Positions 13,732 through 25,838 of a stretch of DNA of 64,000 bases are shown here, in pieces. The position numbers and the translations under genes are program-made. Position 1 is the stretch's first letter, and every line of letters starts with the position of its first letter. The notes under the pieces are model-generated. The model worked only from the letters and a program-made list of their open reading frames with translations, had not been told where the DNA came from and did no database searches. This stretch comes from the human T2T-CHM13v2.0 reference genome, Homo sapiens, in the NCBI RefSeq assembly GCF_009914755.1, contig NC_060931.1, one strand, 5' to 3'.

Positions 13732-14851
13732 ACTTTTTGCTCTCATTTGCATCACACTGCAGTGTTTTTCATTTCGTTCCCTTTTATTACAGACAAAAAT
13801 GATGGTCGAGACCTACTAAATTGATTTTATTATCCACTAGTGGAGTAAATGGGATATTTGTAATGTAATATTGTTTTACCGCCCACAAAAAATTTGTACT
13901 CATATTAATTCACTTTACTCCTACAACCACTTATAAAGTAGGTGGGTGCTTTTATCTCCCTTTTTATAGATGATGATTCTGAGGCTCTGGGAGGTAAAGT
14001 GTCTTTCCCATAGACACAGCTGAGAGACATTTGAGAGATGGGTTGTTACTGTGTGGGTTGTAGCTGGACGGTGAAAGAGGGCCAGTCCCGTGTAAGCAGT
14101 TAGTTCGTTAGGAATACCTTTACTGAGCACCGTGCAATGTGCTAGCCCCAAGAAGACAGTGAATATATGGGAAATAAGTTTATCATGAGAAAAAGCCAGA
14201 AGAAAAAATGTAATTGGTCCCAGGGAGCATGGAGTTGCAATTGTATCCAATCTCAGAAGTAATATTCTGAGATCCTCTAAGAGCTCAGACCCTGTGGGAG
14301 GAGTCTTCATTAGGGATAACGTTGTAGTCTCAAAAACAGATAATTGAATTTTAATGACATGGTTTTTATTATATTATGTGCTGGCATCTAGGCAGAAGTA
14401 TCTGATTAAGAGGTGGAGTAATTGGGGCCATTAGGGATCCAAGTCTGGGGAGAAGTAGAATACCAGGGCCCTTGATGAAACCAGCACAGGTGGAGAAATG
14501 TGCTTCTGGTTGGAGGTGAAAACGGGGAATTTGCTGAGCTACTGAGTTAGCAGGTCTGTTGAGAGAGTACAGCAAGGGAGGTGGATGGAGCCTTAGGCAA
14601 ATACTGCAGTTAAGCGCTATGGAAAGAAGAGACTTGCTGACAGAGGCAAAAAAAAAAAGGTGAAAGAAACAGGACGACACTACAGGGACATGATTTTCAC
14701 AGTTTCAAAGAGCAGAAGAAAATAGTATTTTGAATCATTAAAGTGTGTATTTATCTGAACTCCTTCTTAAAAACTTTCAGCTCTTACCTCTGGAATGAGA
14801 ATCTTCTTCCCTCATACAATTTTTGAGAAAATAAACCTGTTTTGATTTTAG

Positions 14852-14944
14852 GATCATTACGACTGGGGACTTCGTGCTATTAAGTCTGTCTTGGTTGTGG
14901 CTGGATCTCTGAAACGAGGAGATAAAAATAGACCCGAAGATCAG
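14852..14944 (+). CDS. DNAH11: DNAH11 exon (~37): [31 protein letters not shown]
   Basis: ttttag|GAT ... CAG|gtactg. 93 nt. HYDWGLR dynein AAA1 sensor-II region. Confidence 0.96.
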
Positions 14945-15502
14945 GTACTGCAATGCTAATATGATTTTGTTGAGTGAGTAGCTGGCCTGCTTCACAGACA
15001 TGAAAGTATATGCCTGGATGGTGGGGCATGGACAGCACAACTTTTAAAAAGCATAACATCTGTTGTTAATGCAGGAAATTTGAGGATTGGCGTTCCTTAT
15101 AAGAGGTCACAAGTGGTCTTGAGTACAAAGATATGAATCTGGAAAAGAAAATGTGATTTTACAAGTAGTTTTGAAATAGCCACAAAAAGTATTTTGACAG
15201 TCATAATCAAATAATTCAGTAATCACTGTTTGATTTCCTCTGAGGAACATTTAAGAAATCTGATTGAATTGGGATATTAATCCTGGAAAGTCAGCGAAGA
15301 CATAATGGGAGAAAGAGCATCCATTTCATGGGACCTAAGATGGACATGCAGAATGAAACAGGAAGGGTGGGTGCCTGACACCAATGAAATGCGTGATTGG
15401 TTGGTCAGAGCTACTAGAGAAATGTTCTGCTCTCCTTCCTGGGGAGAAACGATAACAACACTTCATGAATTTTTCCCTTAAGTAGCGAGAGCAATGGATA
15501 TG

Positions 15503-15848
15503 TGTTATCAGTCCATTTTCACACTGTTACAAAGAACTACCTGAGACTGGGAAATTTATAAAGAGGTTTAACTGACTCACAGTTCTACAGGCTTAACAGG
15601 AAGCATGACTGGGAGAACTCAGGAAACTGACAATCATGGAGGAAGGCAAGGGGCAAGCACGGACCTTCTTCACATGGTGGCAGGAGAGAGAGAGAATGAA
15701 GGGGAAAGTGCCACACACTTTTAAACCATCGGATCTCGTGAGAACAGCAAGGAGGAAATCCACCCACTTGATGATCCAATCACCTCCCACTAAGCCCTCC
15801 TCTAATTTGACATGAGATTTGGGTGGGGACACAAATCCAAACCATATC
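15503..15848 (-). mobile_element. MaLR solo LTR (MST/THE1 family)
   Basis: cagtccattttcacactg...actacctgagactggg...caaatccaaaccatatca. Confidence 0.85.
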
Positions 15849-16575
15849 AATACATATCACCATGTGTATGTGCAATATGACTTGGGAAATAACAACAACA
15901 ACAACAAAAAACCCAAAACTTTACTCTGTGTGATTTTTTAAATTGTGGGATATTTATTACGTATTTTTGTACTTTTCTTTGCCAATATTTCTCTCTTTTC
16001 CTCTTAATTTCCTCGTAATTTAGTACTAGGTCAAGATTTTCTTTCATTTATTTTTTCTCTTGCTTTTTAAAATTTTTGTTGGAATGCTTAACTCCTGCTG
16101 TAGAAGTTATCCTGACGTTTGAGTTACTGCTTTTAAAATCTTTAGCTTACAGCCAAGATAGAACAACAACAACAAAACTAAAAATGTTTGAGATTATCAT
16201 TCTAAGATTCTCAGAGTACTTTGGATAAAATGATCTGATGGGCTTGATTAATTTAAATTCTGGAGTTTGAGGATTCAAGAGAGAAGGCCCTTAGATTGTT
16301 TCTGAAGATCAAAACAGATCATTGGCAGGGAAGGAAAAGGCCTCTTTGCTGTTCTTATTCTAAGGATTGTTCATTGTATCAGTTCAGCCTTCTCATGTTC
16401 TGATACATCAATTTTAAACATTTAACCTCCCTATTGATAGAATGCCATCTTAATGGAGAACAGTACCAATATCTCATGCTTCACATATGAGGAGTAAAAA
16501 TAACAAACATCTTTAGTTTTTTAGGTGTTTGTTAGACCTTGTATTGGCTTTTTTATAAAATGTTTTTTTTTCTAG

Positions 16576-16770
16576 GTACTCATGAGAGCATTAAGGGATT
16601 TCAATATGCCCAAAATAGTGACTGACGACATCCCAGTGTTTCTGGGCCTGGTCGGTGACCTGTTTCCAGCCCTGGATGTGCCCCGGAGGAGGAAGCTGCA
16701 CTTTGAACAGATGGTCAGGCAGTCTACCCTGGAGCTCCGCCTGCAGCCTGAAGAGAGCTTCATCCTCAAA
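16576..16770 (+). CDS. DNAH11: DNAH11 exon (~38): [31 protein letters not shown]...QPEESFILK
   Basis: tttctag|GTA ... AAA|gtaaaa (weak donor). 195 nt. Matches ORF 16582..16824. Confidence 0.95.
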
Positions 16771-17601
16771 GTAAAAGGAGCATTTGCTTTTCATGGCAGC
16801 TGTTGGGATTGTCAGTGGAAATAATTGTGGCTAATTGATACTAAAGCAAGATGTTAACTTGTACCCTAACCTTAATAGGATCTTAATATATGCTTTCAAG
16901 CATTTTCATATGGCAGGATTAAGTAAACATAAGTAAACATTTAAGTAGCCCCTCTCCGTAAGGTGAAAACATAGATATGATTTTCATGGCTTTAAATGTA
17001 AGCATGCTTTTAATTAGGTTACAAAACTTGTTGGTTCTTCGAGACATGCACTAAAAATTTACTTTGTTCTTTCCTCCTTTTTAGAGAACATTGGAAGTAA
17101 AATCATTAGTGCCTGCTTTTAATGAGGGAAGAATGACAACATGTATGAGAATAACTTAAGTAGATATTATCTGACATATCAAAGCCTCGTGCATATTTTT
17201 CAATTTGAATTCAGTGAATGCATGGATATTGAACACTATATACATTATCCATTTTAGATATTTTATAGGATATAAATCATTAGTTGTAGATAGTGATTGG
17301 CTATGTACAGTGTTTGTTCAAAACTCATGAAGAGTTAATGATTTTTGTAAGTAACCCCTGCCATATACTGAGTACTGCGTAAAATCGTGGGTTGGCTTTA
17401 GTCTCAGCCCTGTGGTCTACATGGGAGATCCAGGAAAAACTATACTTTTCACTTATGGTCTATTTTAACTTTCTCTGAACATACTGTTGTCAGTGGGGGC
17501 TGGCTTGGGTGTAAGGAAAGAAGAATTGGGCAAAAATGGTAGATTATCTTTTTGTCACCAACTCCTTAAAGGAAACCAGCAACCAGCTGTTTGCTCTGCA
17601 G

Positions 17602-17679
17602 GTTGTCCAGCTTGAGGAACTGTTGGCTGTGCGGCACTCGGTCTTTGTAGTTGGAAATGCAGGCACAGGAAAGAGTAAG
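17602..17679 (+). CDS. DNAH11: DNAH11 exon (~39), AAA2 Walker A: [26 protein letters not shown]
   Basis: ctgcag|GTT ... AAG|gtatag. 78 nt. P-loop GxxGxGKS. Confidence 0.96.
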
Positions 17680-19116
17680 GTATAGTAAATTGCCTAATAG
17701 CTTACAGCTATGGAAAGAACATTTGTTGTCATTGTGGTTCGGCCTATTTTCAATGCTACTCAAAAGAATTCCCCTCCATGAAGCCCACCATAATTTTGGG
17801 TCAGAATCTGAGACTGGAATCTTGCTGCTTGATCAATTGACATTCTTTTCCTTTATATTGGGTCAGCGGGGGGAGAACAAGAAACAAATAGAGGATTGCA
17901 TTCACATAGGAAAAGCAAGCCAACATGAAGATTGAACTTTCCACGTGAGATGTTCAGTATCAGATGCAGGCATTTCGATATACACCATCCTACCTTATGC
18001 ACCTTTCAATACATTTATGCTTGGATTCTTTTATCAAAGATAAACATATTAAGAGACTGTGGAATAAGATATCTGGCTGGAAGATTGGATTGGCTCTAGC
18101 CACATTTATCAAACCTATTTTCTTTTCCAAGTCATCCTTGATTCTCCTCCCCATATCATTCAGAAAAACAAACCGAAATATTTTCCTTCAGTACTCCCTC
18201 AGAAATATAACCCTCTATATGGCCAAACAAAACCTAAAAATAAAAGGAAGTGGCAAAACCCACATTTTTGATGTACCTATTATGTGCTGTGCTAGGTGCA
18301 TTATGTATGATTTACTCGGCACAACAATGATATACTATGGGTATTATTATCCCCATTTTTAGTTCACTGCTTGATTTTGTTTGGTCTTACTGACAGTCCT
18401 GGAAACATACTTATTTTCTCGGTTGGCAGACGGTATATGCAGAACTGCATGCATTTTAATTCAGGATGCTTGGGTATAAACATACTTGGTAGCCAGCAGC
18501 TAAAAATAATCAGATTGAGCATATGAGATTTTAGAGGATGGCAGTATATGGAACTTGCCAGTATTTAGATCAGAACCCAAAGTGGAACAACTGTAAGAAA
18601 AAAAATCTCTGTATAGACATTTTTCTAGTGAAAAATATAATAAATGAAATATTAAAGTAGATAACTGATAGACCTGTAATTATTTTGTTAGAGTAAGTTA
18701 CAGATGTAGGCCACAGTTCAAGGAAGGATAAAGTTAAATTCTATACTTTCCAGTGGATTAATGGTTTCTAAAAATATAAGCTTAATATTCCTAAGGCATT
18801 TACTTTCTTCTAGTCTTCACCAGTTCTGTTCTACTCAACAGGTACGTAACCCGAGATACCCGGAACACTGCAGCTCAGGGTGACGTTCTTTAGCATCTTA
18901 TCATTTCAAAGTGTTTGCCAATTGTTTATCAGTTTTTCACAACCCTTGTGAGTAGGTCAGCATGATAAATATCTAAGACAAAAGCCACAGCTTTTCAAAG
19001 GAGCAAAAGGGAGAGTTAGGGCAGATATTTGAGTTAAAGTATTAATTAATTGAATAGACATACACTGAGCACCTGTTCTGTGAGTTCTCATTATCAAGGC
19101 TTTTCCTCAATTACCA

Positions 19117-19297
19117 GGATCAGGGTTTGTCAACCTCAGCACTGTTGACATTCTGGACTGGATAACTCTGCTGTAGGAGGCTATCCTGCTCATTGAAAGA
19201 TATTTAGCAACCTCCCTGGTCTCTATCCACTGGATGTCCAGAAGCTCCTTCCCCCTTCTTCCCCCAAGTCAAGACAGTCTTTTCTTGAGAACCACTG
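19117..19297. mobile_element. MER20-like hAT-Charlie element
   Basis: tcaacctcagcactgttgacattctggactggataa...ttgagaaccactg. Confidence 0.75.
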
Positions 19298-19304
19298 CCC
19301 TAAG

Positions 19305-19488
19305 TCTCTAGGTCTCAAAGCATGGCCAGACCAGCATCATTGGCATTAGCTGGGCCCTTGTTGGAACTGTACATTACTGGCCCCACCTCAGACCTACTGA
19401 AATAGAAGCTCTGGGATTGGGCTCAGCAATCTGTATTTTAATACCCTCCAAACAGTTCTGTTGTAGGCTACATTTTGAGAAAAACCAA
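19305..19488. mobile_element. MER5A-like hAT-Charlie element
   Basis: ccccacctcagacctactgaaatagaagctctggg...agcaatctgtattttaa. Confidence 0.75.
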
Positions 19489-19840
19489 TCTTGCTGATTC
19501 AGGCAGGGTAGATTTTGTAATCAACATAAATGCTTATTTATGTATGGTCCTCCACTTTGTACACATGATTAAAAATCTCAAGTGAGAAAGTGACTCCCTT
19601 TAGTCTAAATGGTTCAAAGAGTCAAGTGAACTGATTCTGTCTTGCTGAGTATTTGTAAGATGAAGCTTTTCAAGATGGTAATGGGAATGCACACATGTGC
19701 ATTTTTCCCCTTCTCGATCTTAGCACACACACAGCATCTAGGAACATATAATGAATACGGAAAACTCTTCAGAAATCTTTTACTTTCCATTTGGCTTATG
19801 TTAGTATTAATTTTTTTGGCTCTTTCCTCCTTCCCCTCAG

Positions 19841-19973
19841 ATTTTGAGAACACTGAACCGAACATATGTTAACATGAAACAGAAGCCGGTTTGGAATGAC
19901 TTAAACCCTAAAGCTGTGACAACAGATGAACTCTTTGGTTTCATACATCATGCTACCCGAGAATGGAAAGATG
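19841..19973 (+). CDS. DNAH11: DNAH11 exon (~40): [44 protein letters not shown](G); 3' end is 19973 (GC donor) or 19977 (GT donor)
   Basis: cccctcag|ATT. Conserved LNPKA..ELFG..REWKDG. Two possible donors, ATG|gcaagt or CAA|gtagta (see findings). Confidence 0.92.
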
Positions 19974-20419
19974 GCAAGTAGTATTTCCCCTTTAGAAGTG
20001 CTCAATTTTTTTTTTCTATCCAGAAAGCCGTTTTTCAGTACAAGCCAATTTTAGTCATAGTCGCAGACTTACTGTTTATGTGTTGGCATTATTGGAAATA
20101 TAGCAGATCACAACAGCATTTATAATGTATAAATTAAGACTAGATTTGAATAAATACTTGATTTGCATTCAGCAGATTTGTACTCAGAGCTGTTGTATTT
20201 TATCCCACGTCAATTATGTCAGGGCTCCCTGTAAATCAGGAGTGAAGTCAACATGAATGCCTCAGGAAACATCTATAAAGTACCTGATATGAGGCACTGA
20301 AGTTCAGGCAGACATTATTCCAGGTGCCAGGGACAAAAGTCAGTAGGGCATGTTGCCTGCCCTGAGAGTATTTGTAAGCAAGCAGATCCCTTTGTGACAA
20401 TCTGTTAAGATTTCCTGTT

Positions 20420-21000
20420 ACAGTAAATGCGCTAACCTTGGCATCATCCTTGAGGCCTCTCTCCCTCTTATACCCTACATCCAACCTCACAGCGAATCCT
20501 ATAGGCTTTGCCTTTAAAATGTATGTGAATTCCAGTTCTTCTCGCCTTCTCCATAGATGCCACGTTAGTTGAAGCTGCCATCATGTCTCGCCTGTACTAC
20601 AGCAGCGTGTAATCTCCTCCTGCTGGTTTCCCTGCAGTTCATTTGACCTAAAGCAGACAGAGGGGCTTCAAATGTTACTTCTTTGCTTTTGATTTCTAGT
20701 GGGTTCCAATCACCTTTATAATCCAACCTTTTCCATGGCTTATAACGCTCTATGGGATTGGATCCCTGCCCCCGTCCCCAAATCCCACCATCCCTGACTT
20801 CATTTCCCACCACTTACTATAAGCCATTCATTCTGGCCTCTTTGCTATTCCTTGAACTTGCTCCCATCACGGGGCCTCAGCACCTCATGTTCCTGCCGTC
20901 GGCAACACTCTTCTGGATGCCCGCATGACTTGCTCCCTTATCTTATTTCAGCATCTGGTGAAATGTCATATCAGAGAAGACTTCCCTGATGGCAGATCTA
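20420..21000. mobile_element. L2 fragment
   Basis: Pyrimidine-rich decayed L2-type motifs (aaccttggcatcatccttga, aaatgtcatatcagagaagacttccctga). Confidence 0.6.
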
Positions 21001-21004
21001 AAGT

Positions 21005-21740
21005 AGAAATACAAATCAAAATCACAATGAGATAGAATCTCATACCAGTCAGAAAGACTATTATGAAAAAGTCAAATGATGATGGTGAGGCTGTGGAGAA
21101 AAGGGACCGCTTATAGACTTGGTGGGAAATAAGTTTAGTCACTATGGAAATTAGTTTGGAGATTTCTCAAAAAATTTAAAACGGAACTACCGTTTGACCC
21201 AGCAATCCCATTACTGGGTATATACCTAAAGGAAAACAAATTGTTCTACCAAAAAGACACATTCACTCATATGTTCACTGCAGCACTATTCACAATAGCA
21301 AAGACGTGGAATCAACCTAAGTGCCCATTAATGGTGGATTAAAGAAAACATGGTACATATACACCATGGAATACTATGTAGCCATAAAAAAGGACAACAT
21401 CATGTTTTTTTCAGCAACATGGATGTAGCTGGAGACCATTATCCTAAGTGAATTAATGCTGAAACAGAAAACCAAATACTGCATATTCTTATTCACAAGT
21501 GGGAGCTAAACATTGGGTACATGTGGACATAAAGATGGGAGCCATTGACACTGAGGCCTATTAGAGGTGGGAGGGAAGGAGAGCAGCAGGGGATGAAAAA
21601 CTACCTGTTGGTTACTATGCTTACTACCTGGACGATGGCACCATTTGTATCCCAAACCTCAATGTCACACAGTATACCCATGCAACAAACCTGCATGTGT
21701 ATCATCTGAACCTAAAATAAAAGTTGAAATTTTAAAAATA
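21005..21740 (+). mobile_element. L1 3' end (L1PA15/16-like)
   Basis: Sense ORF2 end (tttgacccagcaatcccattactgggtatatacc) and 3'UTR ending aacctaaaataaaagttgaa. Confidence 0.88.
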
Positions 21741-22717
21741 GTAATAATAAAGCAGGACACCCTTCATCATTCTCTATCCTCTCGTCTTGTGTACACTCCT
21801 TTTTCTGTGGGACAGTTTTTACTGTCTCAGCCTAGCTTCTGTCTTTTTGTAAAGAACTATGGCAGGGAGAGAATCGTATCTGTTTAGGCTGAAAAACTGT
21901 GGAAACTGTTCAAATCAGTGACTATTAGAAAAGTTTGCTGGCTGCTATATGAATTGTGGTGGCAAGTTCCATTAGATACTGTCACTTTTGGCACAAAATA
22001 CTTCACAGAAGAAACATTCTAGATATATGCATCAAAACAGTTTTGCTCACAATGCTATTAGATTTACTAGAGCTTGAAAAATTTGCAACTGTTAAATATG
22101 TCACATCAAATACACAGTGCTTAGATATGTAGTAATGGCAAAAGGGACTGTAGATTTAAAATGTTTTTGCCTATACATCTTGTTAAGGAATGATGAGTTA
22201 GTATCCCAGTGAACACATTTCTGTAAGAGATGTATGGTGCTTCTGAATGCTTTAGCTTCAGAATTATGCCCTTGAAAATTGTTGTAGAAAAATGGAGACA
22301 GGTGAAATAAACAAATATTTGATCTAAAATGGATACTGAACATATGTGTATGAAGAAGGATCATGTCTTCAGTTGGTGTAAGTTTTGAGTTTTAGGTACG
22401 TTACCTTCTATAAATCCCCACAACTGTTCATGAAGGAAGGTTTTTGTTATCTCTGTTTGGCATATGGGAAGCTCAGTCGTGGAAGTTAAGGGTCCTTCTC
22501 AGTGAGGTGAAACTTACACGTTGGTAAATAATAGAGGTGAATCTGGAACCCATGTGTGGCTGAAAAGGTGTTACACACTGCCCGCAAGAAAGAGGCAGCA
22601 AAATCGTTTTTATTTAGTTAATAAAAGAGCTTCCAAGATGAATAATATCAATCTATCGTAGAAATAAACAGCACTCAACTACATTATATATTAGGATTGT
22701 TTACTCTTATTTTATAG

Positions 22718-22845
22718 GTCTCTTCTCATCCATTCTACGAGAACAAGCAAATCTTAAGCATGATGGACCAAAATGGATAGTCCTGGATGGCGATATTGAC
22801 CCCATGTGGATTGAATCACTGAATACTGTAATGGATGATAACAAG
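22718..22845 (+). CDS. DNAH11: DNAH11 exon (~41): (G)[42 protein letters not shown]; alternative 5' start at 22695
   Basis: ttttatag|GT ... AAG|gtgaat. Contains [24 protein letters not shown], the AAA2 Walker-B-like dynein motif. Confidence 0.92.
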
Positions 22846-23853
22846 GTGAATAAAACCTCTGTTCTCAACCTTAAATATAACATCCTGAGTGTATTAAGAG
22901 TTCGATTCACTTGTCGATGTTAATACTAGTTTTTGCTCATTAACCTGGGATTCTTTATGTAATTATTATTTTGATAAGTGTTGCTTTCCTGATAATTTTC
23001 TTAATTTCACCATTAAAGAATTTCAAGGAATATGTTCTCTTTGTTTCTTTGAATTCAGCCACCTTTACTGAGAGTTAGATACAGATCTAAGAATTTAGTT
23101 TACAGATCTTACCACTTTCTAAGAGGTAGCCGTAAATTATTGTATCTTGTCATCTTTGATTAAGTATAAATACTTAGACAATGAAAGAACGGGTTTGTGC
23201 CATATGATGATTGAAATTAACTAGTTCCTTTGGCTATGGATTGAGTTAAAATGTTTTCCCAAGCTTTTTTGCCACAGTTAATTCAGCATTCCCAGCAAAA
23301 ACAAAAGGTGACGGTACAGGTCTGTGAGATATCAGTCAAGCAACACAGGGTCTGTTGTTGGGGTCAGCAGAGAGAAATCAGTAATCATCATTACTCCAGA
23401 GAAGATTTAGTAACCACCTTAAATTAACAGTAATTACTGCTTACTCAACTGAGACACTGTTCATCATAAAATACAGGTTTGGGATCTTTATACTTGTGTA
23501 AGTTTCTTTGGACAATTGATAATTGTGGTATTTCAGATTCTAAAGAAAAGTTTATGGTATTCAGGTCCTTTCATGTGATTAATTTTTACAATACATGTCT
23601 TATATTTGGCTTAGCAATAAAAATTACTACAATTATGTAAAGGTCGACATTCACAAGTCCATTTAGGTGAGTTTGTTCAAGGGTCAGTCAGGTCATCTCA
23701 GGGGTGAGCTTAGATCTTTATTCAGACTGCACTTCTGATTCAGGAGAGTGAGCACACAGCCTGTGATACTTCTGGTAGGGGAAAGTACTTGTTGCTTCTG
23801 GATGTTTGCGGCATTGCTTTTGCCCATGGGTGACAGTGTGCTGCTCACTCCAG

Positions 23854-24002
23854 GTGCTGACCCTCGCCAGCAATGAGCGCATTGCACTCACTCCCTTCAT
23901 GAGGCTTCTGTTTGAGATACATCACTTAAGGAGCGCAACCCCGGCCACTGTTTCCAGAGCTGGTATTCTGTATGTGAACCCACAAGATCTGGGCTGGAAT
24001 CC
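23854..24002 (+). CDS. DNAH11: DNAH11 exon (~42): [49 protein letters not shown](P)
   Basis: ctccag|GTG ... CC|gtgagt. 149 nt. [10 protein letters not shown] motif. Confidence 0.96.
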
Positions 24003-24019
24003 GTGAGTATTTCTTTTTG

Positions 24020-24865
24020 TTTTATTGTAGTAAATTGTATGTAACATAACATTTACCATTTTCATAATTTTTGCTTAAGCACATTCATGTTGTTGCACAG
24101 CTGTCACCACCATCCATCTCTGGAAGGATTTTATCTTCCCAAAGTGACACTCTTTATCCATTAAACAATAACACCTCATTCTCCCCTCCTCCCAGCTCTT
24201 GGCAACCTTCATTCTACTTTCTATCTCTATGAATTAGACTACTCTAGGTACCGCATATAAATGGAATCATACAGTGTTTGTCTTTTAGTGACAGGTTTAT
24301 TTCACTTAGCATAATGTCTTCAGAGTTTATCCACGTAGCAGCATATTGTAGTATTTCCTTTTTTAAGGCTGAATAATACTCCATTATGTGTACATACCAC
24401 ATTTCGTTTACCCATTCATCTATAAATGAACACTTGGGTTTCTTCTACCTTTTGGCTATTGTGAACAATGCTGCTGTAAACATGGGTATACAAATATCTC
24501 TTCAAGACCCTGCTTTCCATTCTTTCGGGTAGAACTCAGAAGAATTTCTAGATCATGTGTTAATTCTAATTTTAATTTTTTGAGAAACTGACACATTGTT
24601 TTCCACAGCTGCTACCCATTTATATTCCCACCAACAGTGTACAAGGCTTCTAATCTCTCTACACCTGTGCCGGCACTTGTTATTTTCCCTTTTTCTAACA
24701 GTAGCCATGCTAATGGGCATGAGGTGATACCTCATTTTAATTTGCATTTCCCTGATGATCAGTGATGTTGAACATCTTTTCATGTGCTTATTGGCAGTTT
24801 GTATGTCTTCTTTGGAAAAATGTTCATGTAAGTTCTTTAAGTTCTTTGCCCAGTTTTTAATCGGT
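24020..24865 (-). mobile_element. L1MB-like 3' end, starting about 20 nt after the exon ~42 donor
   Basis: Antisense L1 3'UTR/ORF2. ORF 24553..24783(-) is an L1 ORF2-like peptide. Confidence 0.85.
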
Positions 24866-25334
24866 GCTTTTTAAAATTGTGCCTGGATCTTGTTAAAATG
24901 TTGGTATAAAATTCTAAATATCTATATGCTCACTTGAAGGTATTAGCAGTTACATTTAAGGCTAACTAATTAGGCTAATTAAAAGTTAATTAACTTAGCA
25001 CTGGAATGCCTTTGTCATTTTTACTTGGACATTACCTGGTTCACATACCTTGAAGATGTTAAGAACTCAGTAAATATTTGTTGAGTAAGTGAATAAACAA
25101 TGAAAGCTTATATGGAACACTTACATAAAAAGAAATCACTTAGGTTATGTATGTTTGCATGTATGTATACTATCCATACATGAACAGTTGTAATGCTTTG
25201 ATTTAGAGCAACTTTATGGTGCCCAGTTGCTTACTCCTCAAATGCTTACATTTTCTACAGTTCATCCTGGTTGTAACTTGTCACCTCCAGCGTTTGCACT
25301 TCGAACTGTAGGAGTCACTGAGCTCTGCCAGTGA

Positions 25335-25838
25335 ACCCATGCTTGTGCCTGGCATGCTTCTTACATCAGAAATCTTCTGTTTACCTCTCTGGACACACAC
25401 TCCATCCTTCTCACCCTCTTCTGTGGTCTGTATGGACCACATTAGTGGGCTCCTTGCCTTCCGGCTTCTGGTTGGTTTGGCCAATGAAGAATCCTGGCAG
25501 GAAGTGAGAGGGAGAGAGGACAGTGAGGTCAGGCTGTTTATTCTCCTTCCCAACAGGGTCATGTCAGGATGGCTCTGTCCCTCTGTGACTGCAGGTCACA
25601 GCTCTTCTTATATCTCTCCATTAAGGTTCTTTCCTTCCAGGTTCTGGCAGTCCTTCGTTCTCTTGTCCCTCCAGGCATAGATACAATACCCATTCCTTGT
25701 GATTACCCTTTTGGCATGGTACTGTCCCTTCCATTTCCTCTACTTCTTGCCCACACTTCTGTGACTAGTCCTTTTATTGATCCTTCCCTTGTTATCCTGA
25801 TTTAGGGATGACATTGGTTTCCTGCCAGATGTCTAACT
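25335..25838. mobile_element. ERVL LTR (LTR33-like)
   Basis: ggcttctggttggtttggccaatga...gagagggagagaggacagtgaggtcaggctgtttatt resembles the LTR33 core. Confidence 0.6.

Noticed and set aside
13921-14680. 129-aa and 103-aa minus-strand ORFs (also 17964..18362, 50147..50578, 58002..58439)
   Set aside because: No recognisable domain, low-complexity composition, some overlap decayed MIR/L2, and lengths are compatible with chance in 64 kb.
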